A program made the translations under genes and the position numbers. DNA of 29,529 bases from a virus. Lineage: Duplodnaviria > Caudoviricetes. The notes beneath the pieces were generated by a model. The model worked only from the letters and a program-made list of their open reading frames with translations. It made no database searches and had not been told where the DNA came from. The stretch spans positions 1-29,529 of IMG/VR virus record IMGVR_UViG_3300020045_001466. One strand, given 5' to 3'. Numbering within the stretch: the stretch's first letter is position 1; each line of letters opens with the position of its first letter. Shown piece after piece: positions 7,208 through 16,150 of this stretch.

Positions 7208-8192
7208 CGTCTGCTTTCTCTGGTTGTGGTTGTGGTTGTGTCTGCTCTGTGTGCGTCTCTGCCACAGGTTGCTGCTTATTTGCAATCGCGTTCAACGAAG
7301 CAATGCTCTCGTCTTCATTCGCGGTGCCAAATGCTCGCTGGTCGTCGAACGCTTTTGCAGATGCCTTTGCAGAATCCAAAAACGCTTTGCCGAGCACCTT
7401 CTGGATGTCAGCAGGAGTCTGCGACCACTGAGCCTTCAGTGATTCCATACCGCCCTCTGTCGAGTTCAAGATCAATCCACGGTGGTGTTCAATCTTAGGA
7501 TCAACCTTCTCAGCGCCGTCAACCCAGTTGCGCAGCGACATTCCATCTTCCGATGTAATGTAGCCTTGACCACGACCGAGAATGCCTTGCAATTCAGCTG
7601 GGCACTTCAACAAGTCTTGTGAATATCCTTGATTCTGCATCATCAGACTTACAGTGGCTTCGTATGAGAAGTTCTTCTCTTGGATCGGCTGGATGCCAAG
7701 TTTGATTGGCTCTTTCGGATTCGAGAAATCAACCTTCTCACGAGCGCGAGTGCAAGCAATGATGTGAGCAGGGCACTGGAGCATATACGTCATGAAGCGC
7801 TTGTGCAGTTTCTTCGCCGTCTTCCAATCTGGAAAGCGCGATTGATTTGCGATCCACTCGCAACCTCCCTCTGATTCCCACTCATGCGTCACCGAGTCAA
7901 TCACGATCACTTCAGCGCCAGCATTGCACGCAGCTTCGATTGCTGCAATGTAGCGATCAGGGCTGAATGGTGAATAGAAGTCGATGATGTTGAACGGTTG
8001 TGGCAGTGCGTTTGCGTACAGTGAACCACGGCGATTTTCAGTGTCGATGAGGACAATTTTGTTCGCATCATTACCAGCCAGACCGTAAGCCAACTGCAAC
8101 GCTGTGTATGTCTTGCCAGAGCCAGACACGCCAGACAGTTGAATCAATAAACGTGCGCCTTGGCGCTGTGCTTTGCGTACTTCAAAACTCAT
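7188..8192 (-). CDS. AAA ATPase, Sak4-like single-strand annealing protein (AAA_24-type)
   Basis: Walker A GVSGSGKT, IDTE, VIVIDSVTHEW; lies between the exonuclease and SSB. Confidence 0.8.
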   Translation of the reverse strand: MSFEVRKAQRQGARLLIQLSGVSGSGKTYTALQLAYGLAGNDANKIVLIDTENRRGSLYANALPQPFNIIDFYSPFSPDRYIAAIEAACNAGAEVIVIDSVTHEWESEGGCEWIANQSRFPDWKTAKKLHKRFMTYMLQCPAHIIACTRAREKVDFSNPKEPIKLGIQPIQEKNFSYEATVSLMMQNQGYSQDLLKCPAELQGILGRGQGYITSEDGMSLRNWVDGAEKVDPKIEHHRGLILNSTEGGMESLKAQWSQTPADIQKVLGKAFLDSAKASAKAFDDQRAFGTANEDESIASLNAIANKQQPVAETHTEQTQPQPQPEKADDDEPMF

Positions 8193-8677
8193 TTTGTTGC
8201 TCCTGATTTTTTGGGCCAGCCGAGCTTGCTCAAGTCAGAAACAACATTGGCAAGTGCTGGAAGATTTTTAGTTGGCTGCGCTGCTGTTGGGAAGTATTTC
8301 TTGAACTCTGGAAAAGTTGTCTCAAGAGCCTTCAGCGTTGTGCAGGCCATGATTGCGTTCTTTAGATTTCTATACGCCTCTTCATGTTTTGCATCTTCTG
8401 CTTTGTATGCCGCAATTGCATTTGGCAAAGTTACTGACGGAGCATCACCAACAACAACTTTTCGAGAAGACCATCCGCCTTCTGGATACGATATTTCACT
8501 GACGTATGTAGACTCAAATATTTCTGGGCTTCTGAGAAATACCTTGCGACACTCAGGCGTCATTGCCTTTGTCAGAATTGCTTGAACAGAATCTTTACGC
8601 TTTGACTTATCTGGTTTTGGCACATCGTTCATGATTGCTCGAACGATTGCTTCTTTTTGCAGTTTAGTAACTTTCAT
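8189..8677 (-). CDS. Nmad5-like (putative nucleotide-modification-associated) protein
   Basis: Resembles the family by eye (IVRAIM.DVP...FPEFKKYFP...NLPALANVV.DLSKLGWP); needs an HMM check. Confidence 0.55.
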   Translation of the reverse strand: MKVTKLQKEAIVRAIMNDVPKPDKSKRKDSVQAILTKAMTPECRKVFLRSPEIFESTYVSEISYPEGGWSSRKVVVGDAPSVTLPNAIAAYKAEDAKHEEAYRNLKNAIMACTTLKALETTFPEFKKYFPTAAQPTKNLPALANVVSDLSKLGWPKKSGATK

Positions 8678-8862
8678 TTTTCATCCTTAGTAAAAACAAC
8701 AGCCCGTCGAAACGATTTCTCAGAGCAAAATTTATTCAGATCGCCACCATCCGAATACGAAACAAACCCGTTATGCACAGCAACCACTCGTCTGTGTGTG
8801 CTTCGCGCATTCGGCTTACGCGGCGAGTAGACCTTGCCAATCTCAATCACGTTTTTCTTCAT
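8674..8862 (-). CDS. Hypothetical protein
   Basis: GAGGTG RBS; ATGA overlap with the downstream gene. Confidence 0.6.
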   Translation of the reverse strand: MKKNVIEIGKVYSPRKPNARSTHRRVVAVHNGFVSYSDGGDLNKFCSEKSFRRAVVFTKDEK

Positions 8863-9025
8863 GCTTCACCTCTTTGGTTTTGCAGTCGCCATGAGCATTG
8901 ATGAATTTCTTCATCGCCAATGTGTACTCGCTCACTTCAATCGGAAACTTCACGGCTTGCTTTGCGCCGCAAGCATGACAGTTGAAGTGACCGTCCTTAT
9001 AGTTCATGTGATCTTTGTTAGACAC
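8843..9025 (-). CDS. Small putative Zn-binding protein
   Basis: CHAC...HGDC; GTG start 7 nt after AAGGAG (start uncertain). Confidence 0.55.
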   Translation of the reverse strand: MSNKDHMNYKDGHFNCHACGAKQAVKFPIEVSEYTLAMKKFINAHGDCKTKEVKHEEKRD

Positions 9026-9866
9026 CGTCAATCTCCTTTTCAGCCCAAACTGGCAACAACAGATTTGTGATTTCTTTTGAGTAGCTTGGCCACTCTTGTT
9101 TGCGATGACATTCGACGATCTTCGCGAGTTGCTCGCGGTAACGCTTATGGCCGTAGTCGATCATCTTTGATGGAGCCGAGTACATAGCCGTTGCGTATGG
9201 CGCATCTTTTTCTTGGCAGAAATACAGGAACGGTGGACGATCGTTGGTGCGCCAGAATCGTTGCCACACATCACAGTAAAACGCTGCTTGGTAGTGGTAG
9301 TCGAGATTCCAGTACGAACGGCCGAACTCGTGTGGTGACGCGTCCTGCGTTGTTTTGCCATCCAGAATCAATCCGTTTGGAAATTGTTCGCAAGGCATGA
9401 TGGCCAAGTCTGGGCGAATCTTCAGTGTGAGCGATGTTTCTTCGTCTGTGATGAAGATCGAGTTCTCGATGATGCAGTTCTCGTGAGAGAGAAGCATTGA
9501 CATGACTGGATGTTTGCTGGCCAGCTCAGCCATCTTCAGGATCTCGCGATACTCGTTAGGCTTGAATGGCGTTTGACCTTTGGCCTCAATGTCAGCAAAC
9601 AACTGCTTGCCTTCCTTGGTGCGACGGTCAATACCTTCCGGAACCTCAATGAAGTCCTTGCGGAAGTTCTGCGGCTCAAAAAGCGCAGTGTGACAGGCAG
9701 TGCCAGTCAGCATTGCTGCTGTTGCTTCTTTCTTTTCACGCTCTTGATTCACGTAGGCTTGCCAGTAGTGAAGCGCAGATCGCTCCATTACTTTGAAGTG
9801 GCTACTTGAGATGCCATCCATTGCATGATATTCCTCGTTTGTGAGGGTTGTGGTGATGTAGTTCAC
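9018..9866 (-). CDS. RecE/exonuclease VIII-like PD-(D/E)XK nuclease (DUF3799-type)
   Basis: LTNEEYH, ISSS, GTACHTALFEP, DRRTKEGK, KIRPD, DGKTT, YHYQAAFY motifs. Confidence 0.88.
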   Translation of the reverse strand: MNYITTTLTNEEYHAMDGISSSHFKVMERSALHYWQAYVNQEREKKEATAAMLTGTACHTALFEPQNFRKDFIEVPEGIDRRTKEGKQLFADIEAKGQTPFKPNEYREILKMAELASKHPVMSMLLSHENCIIENSIFITDEETSLTLKIRPDLAIMPCEQFPNGLILDGKTTQDASPHEFGRSYWNLDYHYQAAFYCDVWQRFWRTNDRPPFLYFCQEKDAPYATAMYSAPSKMIDYGHKRYREQLAKIVECHRKQEWPSYSKEITNLLLPVWAEKEIDGV

Positions 9867-9894
9867 GACTTACTTTCGTTGTTGATGAGCAGTC

Positions 9895-9923
9895 AGTGTA
9901 TCACAGAACTTCACGCTTGTGAA
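9895..9923 (-). promoter_or_regulatory. Leftward sigma70-like promoter
   Basis: Minus strand TTCACA-17 bp-TACACT with extended TG; overlaps the palindrome TCAC-GCTT-GTGA (9911-9922). Confidence 0.65.
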
Positions 9924-9944
9924 AAAATAATTTAAAAATATTTC

Positions 9945-9972
9945 TTGCAAAACTTCACAGGTGTGATATATT
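9945..9972 (+). promoter_or_regulatory. Rightward sigma70-like promoter
   Basis: TTGCAA-16 bp-TATATT, extended TG, AT-rich UP-like tract; the spacer holds TCAC-AGGT-GTGA (9955-9966). Confidence 0.65.
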
Positions 9973-9997
9973 TCAGTTTTCACAACAGGAGAGCGCA

Positions 9998-10264
9998 ATG
10001 AAATACTTGATCGAAATACATGAGGTGGATTTAGCACCAACAGATTGGAACCTAAAGAAGAGCTGGCCTCATGTTGGCTTGTTCACTGCGAAAAACGAGT
10101 CGTACTCTATGTATCACGTAACGAACGAGTCTGAGCACGTAGCATTCATTAGCTACCCAGAGTTCTTCAAGAAAACCCCATACGTCGAAGCAGGAGAAGC
10201 AGTCAGCGAATCACTGCTGTTGAAGGCTATTGCTGCTGCTGCTCATGCGAAGGTGTTGTCATGA
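9998..10264 (+). CDS. Hypothetical protein
   Basis: AGGAG RBS; first gene of the rightward operon. Confidence 0.7.
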   Translation: MKYLIEIHEVDLAPTDWNLKKSWPHVGLFTAKNESYSMYHVTNESEHVAFISYPEFFKKTPYVEAGEAVSESLLLKAIAAAAHAKVLS

Positions 10265-10599
10265 CAGATAAAGAACAGCTAGAACTGGCTGCAAAGGCGG
10301 CTGGATTAACTGTGCATTGGCATGATAGTGGTCACTATGGCCCAACAATGGAAATCATGGAAGATGAATCTGGCGGCCTACCTTGGAACCCACTAACAGA
10401 CGATGGTGATGCGCTGCGTTTGGCTGTGAAGTTGTCGATGAAAGTCTATGTTGGTGAAGCATATCCTTGGGATAAAGAGTGCGCTGATTACTCACATAGG
10501 TTTGGCGCTTGCGTAGATGAAGACGAAAACAATGATCCATACGCAGCAACCCGCCGAGCAATCGTAAGAGCAGCAGCAGAAATCGGGAGAACACTATGA
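10261..10599 (+). CDS. Conserved phage protein (WNPL.DDGDALRLAVKL...ATRRAIVRAAA; ABA-sandwich-like)
   Basis: Recurrent phage motif; ATGA overlaps at both ends. Confidence 0.75.
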   Translation: MTDKEQLELAAKAAGLTVHWHDSGHYGPTMEIMEDESGGLPWNPLTDDGDALRLAVKLSMKVYVGEAYPWDKECADYSHRFGACVDEDENNDPYAATRRAIVRAAAEIGRTL

Positions 10600-10835
10600 T
10601 CAAAAACTGGCTATACGCCATAGCAATCGCAATCATCCTGAGCCGCTCTTATATGCTCGACGGTCACGCATTTGAGCCGAAGTATTTTTACTTCGACACA
10701 AAACCAGACAAGATCGAGGCTTACCAAGCGTGCAAGAAAATCGGCGGGCCGAATGCTTGGTTCGTTGTCACGGACTCGGGCAAGATTGTCTGCGTAAACA
10801 AGCGCGGCAACAAATTGTCGGAGCAGCCGAAGTGA
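10596..10835 (+). CDS. Hypothetical protein with a hydrophobic N-terminus
   Basis: GGAG RBS; signal/TM-like N-terminus; two Cys. Confidence 0.65.
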   Translation: MIKNWLYAIAIAIILSRSYMLDGHAFEPKYFYFDTKPDKIEAYQACKKIGGPNAWFVVTDSGKIVCVNKRGNKLSEQPK

Positions 10836-11437
10836 GTTCAATTCAATCAGTAAGTTATGACCAAGACTACATCATTAAGTCGATCATGGAGTTGTGTGGC
10901 ATTCGTTGGTTTGACGCAGACCTGACATACGGAAACGGCGGTTTCTGGAAAAACATCACAGGGCCATTGTTTAAGTTTGATCTTGACCCGCAAACGCATG
11001 ACACACAGATGGCAAGCAGCGTGAATGTACCAATGAATGATGGATCACTGGAGTCAGTTATTTTTGATCCGCCATTCTTGACGTACATCAAATCAGGTCG
11101 TGAGCACAACTCAGTAATGGGTAAGCGATTCAGTGGGTACTGGCGTTATGAAGAGCTGGAAGAGCACTATCGCGGAACAATCAATGAGGCGCATCGACTT
11201 CTAAGCAAGAAGGGTATCTTCGTCATCAAGTGCCAAGACATCATCCACAACCACAAGATGCACTGCACCCACGCAAACATCATCAAATGGTCTGAAGGAA
11301 TGTTTCGATTGAAAGATCTATTCATACTTGCTGCGAAAACTCGTATGCCAATTCCGCAAACTGAAGGAACAAAAAAGAAAGTGCAGAAACACGCTCGCAT
11401 CCATCATTCGTATTTCATGGTTATGGAGCGCCTATGA
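10832..11437 (+). CDS. DNA amino-methyltransferase (m6A/m4C type)
   Basis: DLTYGNGGFW SAM-binding-like motif then FDPPF catalytic motif; GTG start overlaps the upstream TGA. Confidence 0.8.
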   Translation: MSSIQSVSYDQDYIIKSIMELCGIRWFDADLTYGNGGFWKNITGPLFKFDLDPQTHDTQMASSVNVPMNDGSLESVIFDPPFLTYIKSGREHNSVMGKRFSGYWRYEELEEHYRGTINEAHRLLSKKGIFVIKCQDIIHNHKMHCTHANIIKWSEGMFRLKDLFILAAKTRMPIPQTEGTKKKVQKHARIHHSYFMVMERL

Positions 11438-13098
11438 CAATCACACTCCGCCCGTATCAGCAAGATGTCGTCAACGAAGTTCGCAAGTCATTCGCTGACG
11501 GCTACAAATGCCCATTGCTTGTAGCCGCCACAGGAGCTGGAAAGACTGTGATGTTTAGCTACATTGCAAAGAACGCCGCTGACAAAAACAACGCAATCCT
11601 GATTGCTGCGCACCGCAAGGAAATCATTCGTCAGATCAGCCTGTCTCTGGCCAGATTTGCTTTGCCGCACAACGTAATCGCTACACCTGCACTGGTTCGC
11701 GCAATTAAGATCGCGCAGTTCAAAGCCTTTGGTAAATCGTTCGTCGATACAACGTCATCGACCATGGTTGGATCTGTGCAGACAATCGTGGGCCGGTTCG
11801 ATTCAATCGACGCCGCAATTGCCAGACTGTCGAAGCGAATTGCAAAACCAGCCAAGGCGATCGTGATTCAGGATGAGGGTCATCATGTTGTGCAAAACAC
11901 TGCATGGGGTCGCGTTATGGATCGCTATGGGCCAGCTGTCGGCAACGTCAGTCTGATCGTCACGGCATCACCGCAGCGACTTGACGGCCGCGGGCTAGGC
12001 AAAGGCCATGGCGGTTACGCAGACACCATCATCGAAGCGCCTCCAATGCGCTGGCTGATTGAAAACGGATTTCTGTCGCCGTATCGCGTGTTCACCGCTC
12101 AACACCAGATCGACGTGTCATCCGTCAAGACGCGCATGGGTGACTATGCCGCCTCAGACTTGCAGGAAGTGGTCGACAAGCCGCAAATCACTGGTGATGC
12201 CATTACTCATTGGCGCAAGCACGCAAACGGCCTCAAAACGGCTATTTTCTGCGTCTCCGTCGAACACAGTAAGCACGTTGCTGCCGAGTTCAATGAGAAC
12301 GGCATTCCTGCTGCGCACATTGACGGCGGAACTGATGACGCCGAGCGCGACAAAGCGATTGTCGATTTCGCGAACGGCAAGATCATGGTCATCACCAACG
12401 TCAACATTCTCAGCGAAGGTTTCGATCTGGCCAGCATTGCTCAGCAAGATGTGACGATCGACTGCGTGGTTGACTTGGCTCCGACGCAATCGCTGGTGAA
12501 CGCCTTACAACGATGGGGCCGCGCACTGCGACCTGCTGCTGGAAAGACGGCAATTCTGCTGGATCACGCTGGCAACGTGATGCGCCATGGCTTGCCAGAT
12601 GAAGATCGCGACTGGACGCTCGAAGGCGTCAAGAAAAAGAAGCGCAAGGCCGAGGATGACGACGAAGATGATGTCAAGGTCAAGTGCTGCCCAGAGTGTT
12701 TCTCGATCCATGAGCCTCAACCGGTATGCCCGAACTGTGGCCATGTCTATGAGATAAAAGCCAGAAAGATCGAGCACATCGAAGGCGAGCTCAAGGAAAT
12801 TCAGCAGGCTCAGATTGAGAAAATGCGCCGCGACAGGATGCTGCAACAGGGCAAGGCGCAGACTGTTGATGAACTCGTGCAACAAGGCATGAGCAAAGGA
12901 CGCGCCGAAAAGATCATCGAAGCCAGACTTGCTAAGCAGGCGTTGCAGGAGGAGATTTTCAATAAGCTCTCAGAGATTCAGGTCAAGACCGGCTTCGGCC
13001 CATACCAAACCTGCGGATTCACCCGCGCTGACATTCTGCGAATGAAGCCAAAGGAGCTGAAAGCCTTGAGTGTTACAATCACAACTGTGAACAATTAG
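11434..13098 (+). CDS. Superfamily 2 (DExH-like) helicase with a C-terminal Zn ribbon
   Basis: ATGAGKT, DEGHH, TASP.RLDG, LSEGFD, QRWGRALR, LDHAGN, CPEC/CPNC. Confidence 0.92.
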   Translation: MTITLRPYQQDVVNEVRKSFADGYKCPLLVAATGAGKTVMFSYIAKNAADKNNAILIAAHRKEIIRQISLSLARFALPHNVIATPALVRAIKIAQFKAFGKSFVDTTSSTMVGSVQTIVGRFDSIDAAIARLSKRIAKPAKAIVIQDEGHHVVQNTAWGRVMDRYGPAVGNVSLIVTASPQRLDGRGLGKGHGGYADTIIEAPPMRWLIENGFLSPYRVFTAQHQIDVSSVKTRMGDYAASDLQEVVDKPQITGDAITHWRKHANGLKTAIFCVSVEHSKHVAAEFNENGIPAAHIDGGTDDAERDKAIVDFANGKIMVITNVNILSEGFDLASIAQQDVTIDCVVDLAPTQSLVNALQRWGRALRPAAGKTAILLDHAGNVMRHGLPDEDRDWTLEGVKKKKRKAEDDDEDDVKVKCCPECFSIHEPQPVCPNCGHVYEIKARKIEHIEGELKEIQQAQIEKMRRDRMLQQGKAQTVDELVQQGMSKGRAEKIIEARLAKQALQEEIFNKLSEIQVKTGFGPYQTCGFTRADILRMKPKELKALSVTITTVNN

Positions 13099-13106
13099 GA
13101 ACCATC

Positions 13107-13298
13107 ATGCACTTAGATGAAGCAATAAAACACTACAAAACACAGCGCAAGCTGGCCGAAGTTCTCGGTGTGTGCGAGCCTTGCATCAGCAACTGGCGCT
13201 CACGAGGAAAAATCCCTGCAATGGCGCAGCTGAAGATTCAAAAACTCAGCCGAGGCAAATTGAAGGCCGACATCAATGTATTTGGGGTGAAGCCATGA
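13107..13298 (+). CDS. Cro-like HTH regulator
   Basis: AIKHY.TQRKLAEVLGV....ISNW...IP...Q..IQ.LS.GKLKAD; AGGA RBS; palindrome TCAC-AACT-GTGA upstream at 13079. Confidence 0.85.
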   Translation: MHLDEAIKHYKTQRKLAEVLGVCEPCISNWRSRGKIPAMAQLKIQKLSRGKLKADINVFGVKP

Positions 13299-13648
13299 GT
13301 TATTCAGAGCTGGAGATGAAGGTCATTCAATGGTCTGAGGCTAGAAAAATCATTCAAAACAGCACGTCTAAGGCTCAGGCTCAGAAGACTGTTGAGGAGT
13401 CTGGTGAATTGCTTGAGGCCTCCACTGCTTTGTATGTGCTGGACTCTCTTGGCACTCCAAAAGACGATCCGGCATATCAATTCTGGATCGGAAAATTCAA
13501 AGATGCCGCTGGAGATGTTGTAGTGACAGTTATCAATGCCTGCGCAATCGCAGACGTTGATCTGGTCGATTGCTTGGCTCTGGCGTACGACGAGATAAAA
13601 GATCGCAAAGGCTACCTGCATCCCAACGGCAAATTCATCAAAGAGTGA
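13295..13648 (+). CDS. MazG-like nucleotide pyrophosphohydrolase
   Basis: QW..AR.I, K..EE.GEL, DA.GD..V, CL..AYDEIKDRKG pattern; ATG at 13295. Confidence 0.8.
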   Translation: MSYSELEMKVIQWSEARKIIQNSTSKAQAQKTVEESGELLEASTALYVLDSLGTPKDDPAYQFWIGKFKDAAGDVVVTVINACAIADVDLVDCLALAYDEIKDRKGYLHPNGKFIKE

Positions 13649-13671
13649 TTTGCGAAAAATAAAAAATTTAG

Positions 13672-13699
13672 TTGTTTCTTTAACAAATCGTGATATACT
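13672..13699 (+). promoter_or_regulatory. Sigma70-like promoter
   Basis: A-rich tract, then TTGTTT-16 bp-TATACT preceded by GTGA; same layout as 9945-9972. Confidence 0.55.
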
Positions 13700-13724
13700 T
13701 GTTTCAAACCAACACAATCGAAAG

Positions 13725-13931
13725 ATGAAAATGCAGAAATTATTGAAGATCAAAGACATGGCCGAGATTCTTGGCCGCTCTCCATTGACGGTTCGCGTAG
13801 ACGTTTCTCGCCGCCCAGAGACGCTGCCGCCGCGCATCGTGATGCCAGGATCCAATCGCGTCGTTTGGGATGCCAATGACGTGTCTGAGTGGCTGGCCAA
13901 GCAGAAACGTAGCGATGAGGCGACTGTTTAA
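13725..13931 (+). CDS. AlpA/excisionase-like winged-HTH protein
   Basis: LLKIKDMAEILGRSPLTVR...LPPRI...RVVW...DV.EWL. Confidence 0.75.
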   Translation: MKMQKLLKIKDMAEILGRSPLTVRVDVSRRPETLPPRIVMPGSNRVVWDANDVSEWLAKQKRSDEATV

Positions 13932-14128
13932 TGGCTGCGCACGGTATCGAAGCACTGGTGTGCGAAGACATTGAGAAGCGCCAAGAGCTTGGGATGAAAA
14001 AGTACGGCGTGTCTGTTGCCGATAGTGATCTTCCGCTTGAAGATTGGCTACAGCACGCATACGAGGAGACGCTTGACAAGGCGATTTACCTCAAGAGAGC
14101 AATAGAAAAAATCAGGAGTCAACAATGA
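13931..14128 (+). CDS. Conserved small phage protein, possibly all-alpha NTP-pyrophosphatase-like
   Basis: RQELGMKKYG...WLQHAYEE.LD.AIYLKRAI motif. Confidence 0.7.
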   Translation: MAAHGIEALVCEDIEKRQELGMKKYGVSVADSDLPLEDWLQHAYEETLDKAIYLKRAIEKIRSQQ

Positions 14129-14514
14129 AAGTAACAACCAAACAAAAAATCAGAGAAGCGCTGCTTCGTTGCAGGCCAAATGGTCTTACGTCAAACGAGT
14201 TGTCTGATCGACTTTCAATTGATCCGAATCTTGTGCGCGTCACGTTGACAAACATGGATGATGTTTACATTTACAAATGGATGGTCACTAAGGCTGGCCA
14301 CGGGTTCACGGCTGTGTGGAAGTGCGTGCCAGTGCCTGAGAATGCCGCGCGTCCAGAAACACCTCCACCTAAGCCTCGCAGAATCTATGACGAGAAATAC
14401 AAGGCTCGCAAACGCGCCATGTACGCGGCCAAGTGTGGCAAGGTGATTCAAGACACAGGCTCAGGTGTAAGAACTCAAATTCGCGGCCCATGGCCAACGC
14501 AGGTGCAGCTATGA
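14125..14514 (+). CDS. Putative HTH DNA-binding protein
   Basis: IREALL...GLTSNELSDRLSI...VRVTL; AGGAG RBS. Confidence 0.7.
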   Translation: MKVTTKQKIREALLRCRPNGLTSNELSDRLSIDPNLVRVTLTNMDDVYIYKWMVTKAGHGFTAVWKCVPVPENAARPETPPPKPRRIYDEKYKARKRAMYAAKCGKVIQDTGSGVRTQIRGPWPTQVQL

Positions 14515-14648
14515 ATGACGACGACCAAGAAGACGAAATCTGCTCATGGTGCAGCGGGTCAGGCGAAGGAATGTATGACGGCTTAACCTGTCAGAAGTGC
14601 CATGGTTCAGGCGTTGAGCCTGTTGAGAAGGATGATGACTATGAGTAA
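14511..14648 (+). CDS. Small DnaJ-type Zn-finger protein
   Basis: Two CxxCxGxG motifs (CSWCSGSG, CQKCHGSG); ATGA overlap. Confidence 0.7.
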   Translation: MNDDDQEDEICSWCSGSGEGMYDGLTCQKCHGSGVEPVEKDDDYE

Positions 14649-14757
14649 CCAATCGTGGCCTTTCCCACCAGCAACAGGCGCAGTTCCTTGGACTGCCAAA
14701 CAAATCAAAACCTATCAACAAGCGCAACGCGCACAACTGCCAGAAAGCCCAATGTAA
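14641..14757 (+). CDS. Small hypothetical protein (38 aa)
   Basis: MSNQSWPFPPATGAVPWT...; overlaps both neighbours; not in the ORF track. Confidence 0.55.
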   Translation: MSNQSWPFPPATGAVPWTAKQIKTYQQAQRAQLPESPM

Positions 14758-14942
14758 TGAAAACATATTTTATTGTTATTTTTACTGTTTGGACAACTGG
14801 ATGGGTGACATTTGCAGCAACTAAAGTTGGTGAAATGACAACTCCAAGTGAAGTCACATCTATGTTGCCTTTTACATTTTTTGTGTTTAGTGCATTTCCA
14901 GCTTTGCTTGGATTTTTGATTGGAAAGGAAAGCCATGAGTAA
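14757..14942 (+). CDS. Small two-TM membrane protein
   Basis: TAATG overlap; two hydrophobic stretches; AT-rich. Confidence 0.6.
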   Translation: MKTYFIVIFTVWTTGWVTFAATKVGEMTTPSEVTSMLPFTFFVFSAFPALLGFLIGKESHE

Positions 14943-15339
14943 AGAAGCAATGAAGCTGGCGCTTGAGGCGTTCAAAGAAATAGCAGATGAGACTTACGAT
15001 TCATGGACAAACGGTGCAAAGGCGAAACGTATTGCACAAGCCATGATTCTGAAGTTAGAAGAAGCACTAGCCAAGCAAGAGCAAGACAGCACTTGCAACG
15101 ATACTTTACGTGCTCAAGGCAAATCATATCCACGCACATGCAAGAAATGCGGCCTTGGCCCTTGCGTTGGCAAAACCAAACAAGAACAAGTCGCAGAAAA
15201 AGAAATATGGATAGTGACAACACCAGAAGAAGCACTCGACTGGCTGGCGCAGCAACACTTCGATCAATGCCGCGAAGAACGCCCGATTCAAAACTGGATC
15301 AGAGGAATGAAAGCGATGCTGCCAAAGGATGTGCCATGA
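14935..15339 (+). CDS. Modular hypothetical protein 1 (MSKEAMKLALEA...EALAKQEQ)
   Basis: AAGGA RBS; shares DNA blocks with the next three genes. Confidence 0.75.
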   Translation: MSKEAMKLALEAFKEIADETYDSWTNGAKAKRIAQAMILKLEEALAKQEQDSTCNDTLRAQGKSYPRTCKKCGLGPCVGKTKQEQVAEKEIWIVTTPEEALDWLAQQHFDQCREERPIQNWIRGMKAMLPKDVP

Positions 15340-15626
15340 GTAAAGAAGCAATGAAGCTGGCGCTTGAGGCGTTGGAAATGTACTGCGAACACGGTGCAAT
15401 TTTGCGACCACTTGAGGCTAGAGACGCAATTAAAGAAGCCCTAGCCAAGCAAGAGCACGTGGCGGAGCCACATAAGGGTGAGCCTGTTGGATTTTGTAAA
15501 GTTTTAACGATGAATGATGTTGCAGACATTATTGTTAATGCTCAATCAAGAACACCGCCTTACGAAATCAATTACATGACTGTCATGCAACTGACGGAAA
15601 AAGCAGTTTTGGAGAAATTCAAATGA
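15336..15626 (+). CDS. Modular hypothetical protein 2
   Basis: Start block identical over 41 bp to that of gene 1; ATGA overlap. Confidence 0.75.
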   Translation: MSKEAMKLALEALEMYCEHGAILRPLEARDAIKEALAKQEHVAEPHKGEPVGFCKVLTMNDVADIIVNAQSRTPPYEINYMTVMQLTEKAVLEKFK

Positions 15627-16147
15627 GCGAAGCAACAGAAATTGCAAGCATGGGTATCACTACCATGATTGAACTCATGCAAGCCAGAGATGAAATAAAG
15701 CGTCTGAAAGAGCAGTTGGTCAAGCAAGAGCAGCGCAGCGATAGCGAGCATACGGGTGAGCCTGTGTCGATTGTGGAAAAAATTATCAAAAATCTTGAGC
15801 CACTTCTTTCCGCTAAGAATCAATCGTGGTCGCAAGCAGAAAAGATGTTGATTGATATTCTCGCAGCAGCCAAGCAAAAACAAGGTGAGCCAGTGGCAAT
15901 TCATCAATACCGTTTTAAAGAGCTTGGCAAAAAAGGGCCTTGGTATGACGGAAAAGATAAAACCTCTTGGCATGAATCTACATACGAACATCGTGTTCTC
16001 TACACCACGCCACAACAACGCAAGCCGCTGACGGATGAGCAGATAGAAGCTCAAAAGCCTGATTGGTTTCAAGCGGATTTAAAACCTGAGTCAATTTTTC
16101 ATCGTGGTGTTCGTGCAGCAGAAGCCACCCACGGCATTAAGGAGTAA
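15623..16147 (+). CDS. Modular hypothetical protein 3
   Basis: KQEQ, two GEPV, TTPQQRKPLTDEQI and HGIKE blocks. Confidence 0.75.
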   Translation: MSEATEIASMGITTMIELMQARDEIKRLKEQLVKQEQRSDSEHTGEPVSIVEKIIKNLEPLLSAKNQSWSQAEKMLIDILAAAKQKQGEPVAIHQYRFKELGKKGPWYDGKDKTSWHESTYEHRVLYTTPQQRKPLTDEQIEAQKPDWFQADLKPESIFHRGVRAAEATHGIKE

Positions 16148-16150
16148 GAC

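Noticed and set aside
7221-7240. TGGTTG tandem microsatellite as a phase-variation tract
   Set aside because: A 6-bp unit keeps the frame and simply encodes a QP linker.
13725-13931. AlpA/Xis-like gene as evidence of an integrated prophage
   Set aside because: No integrase, att site, CI repressor or host genes in the window, so lifestyle cannot be called.
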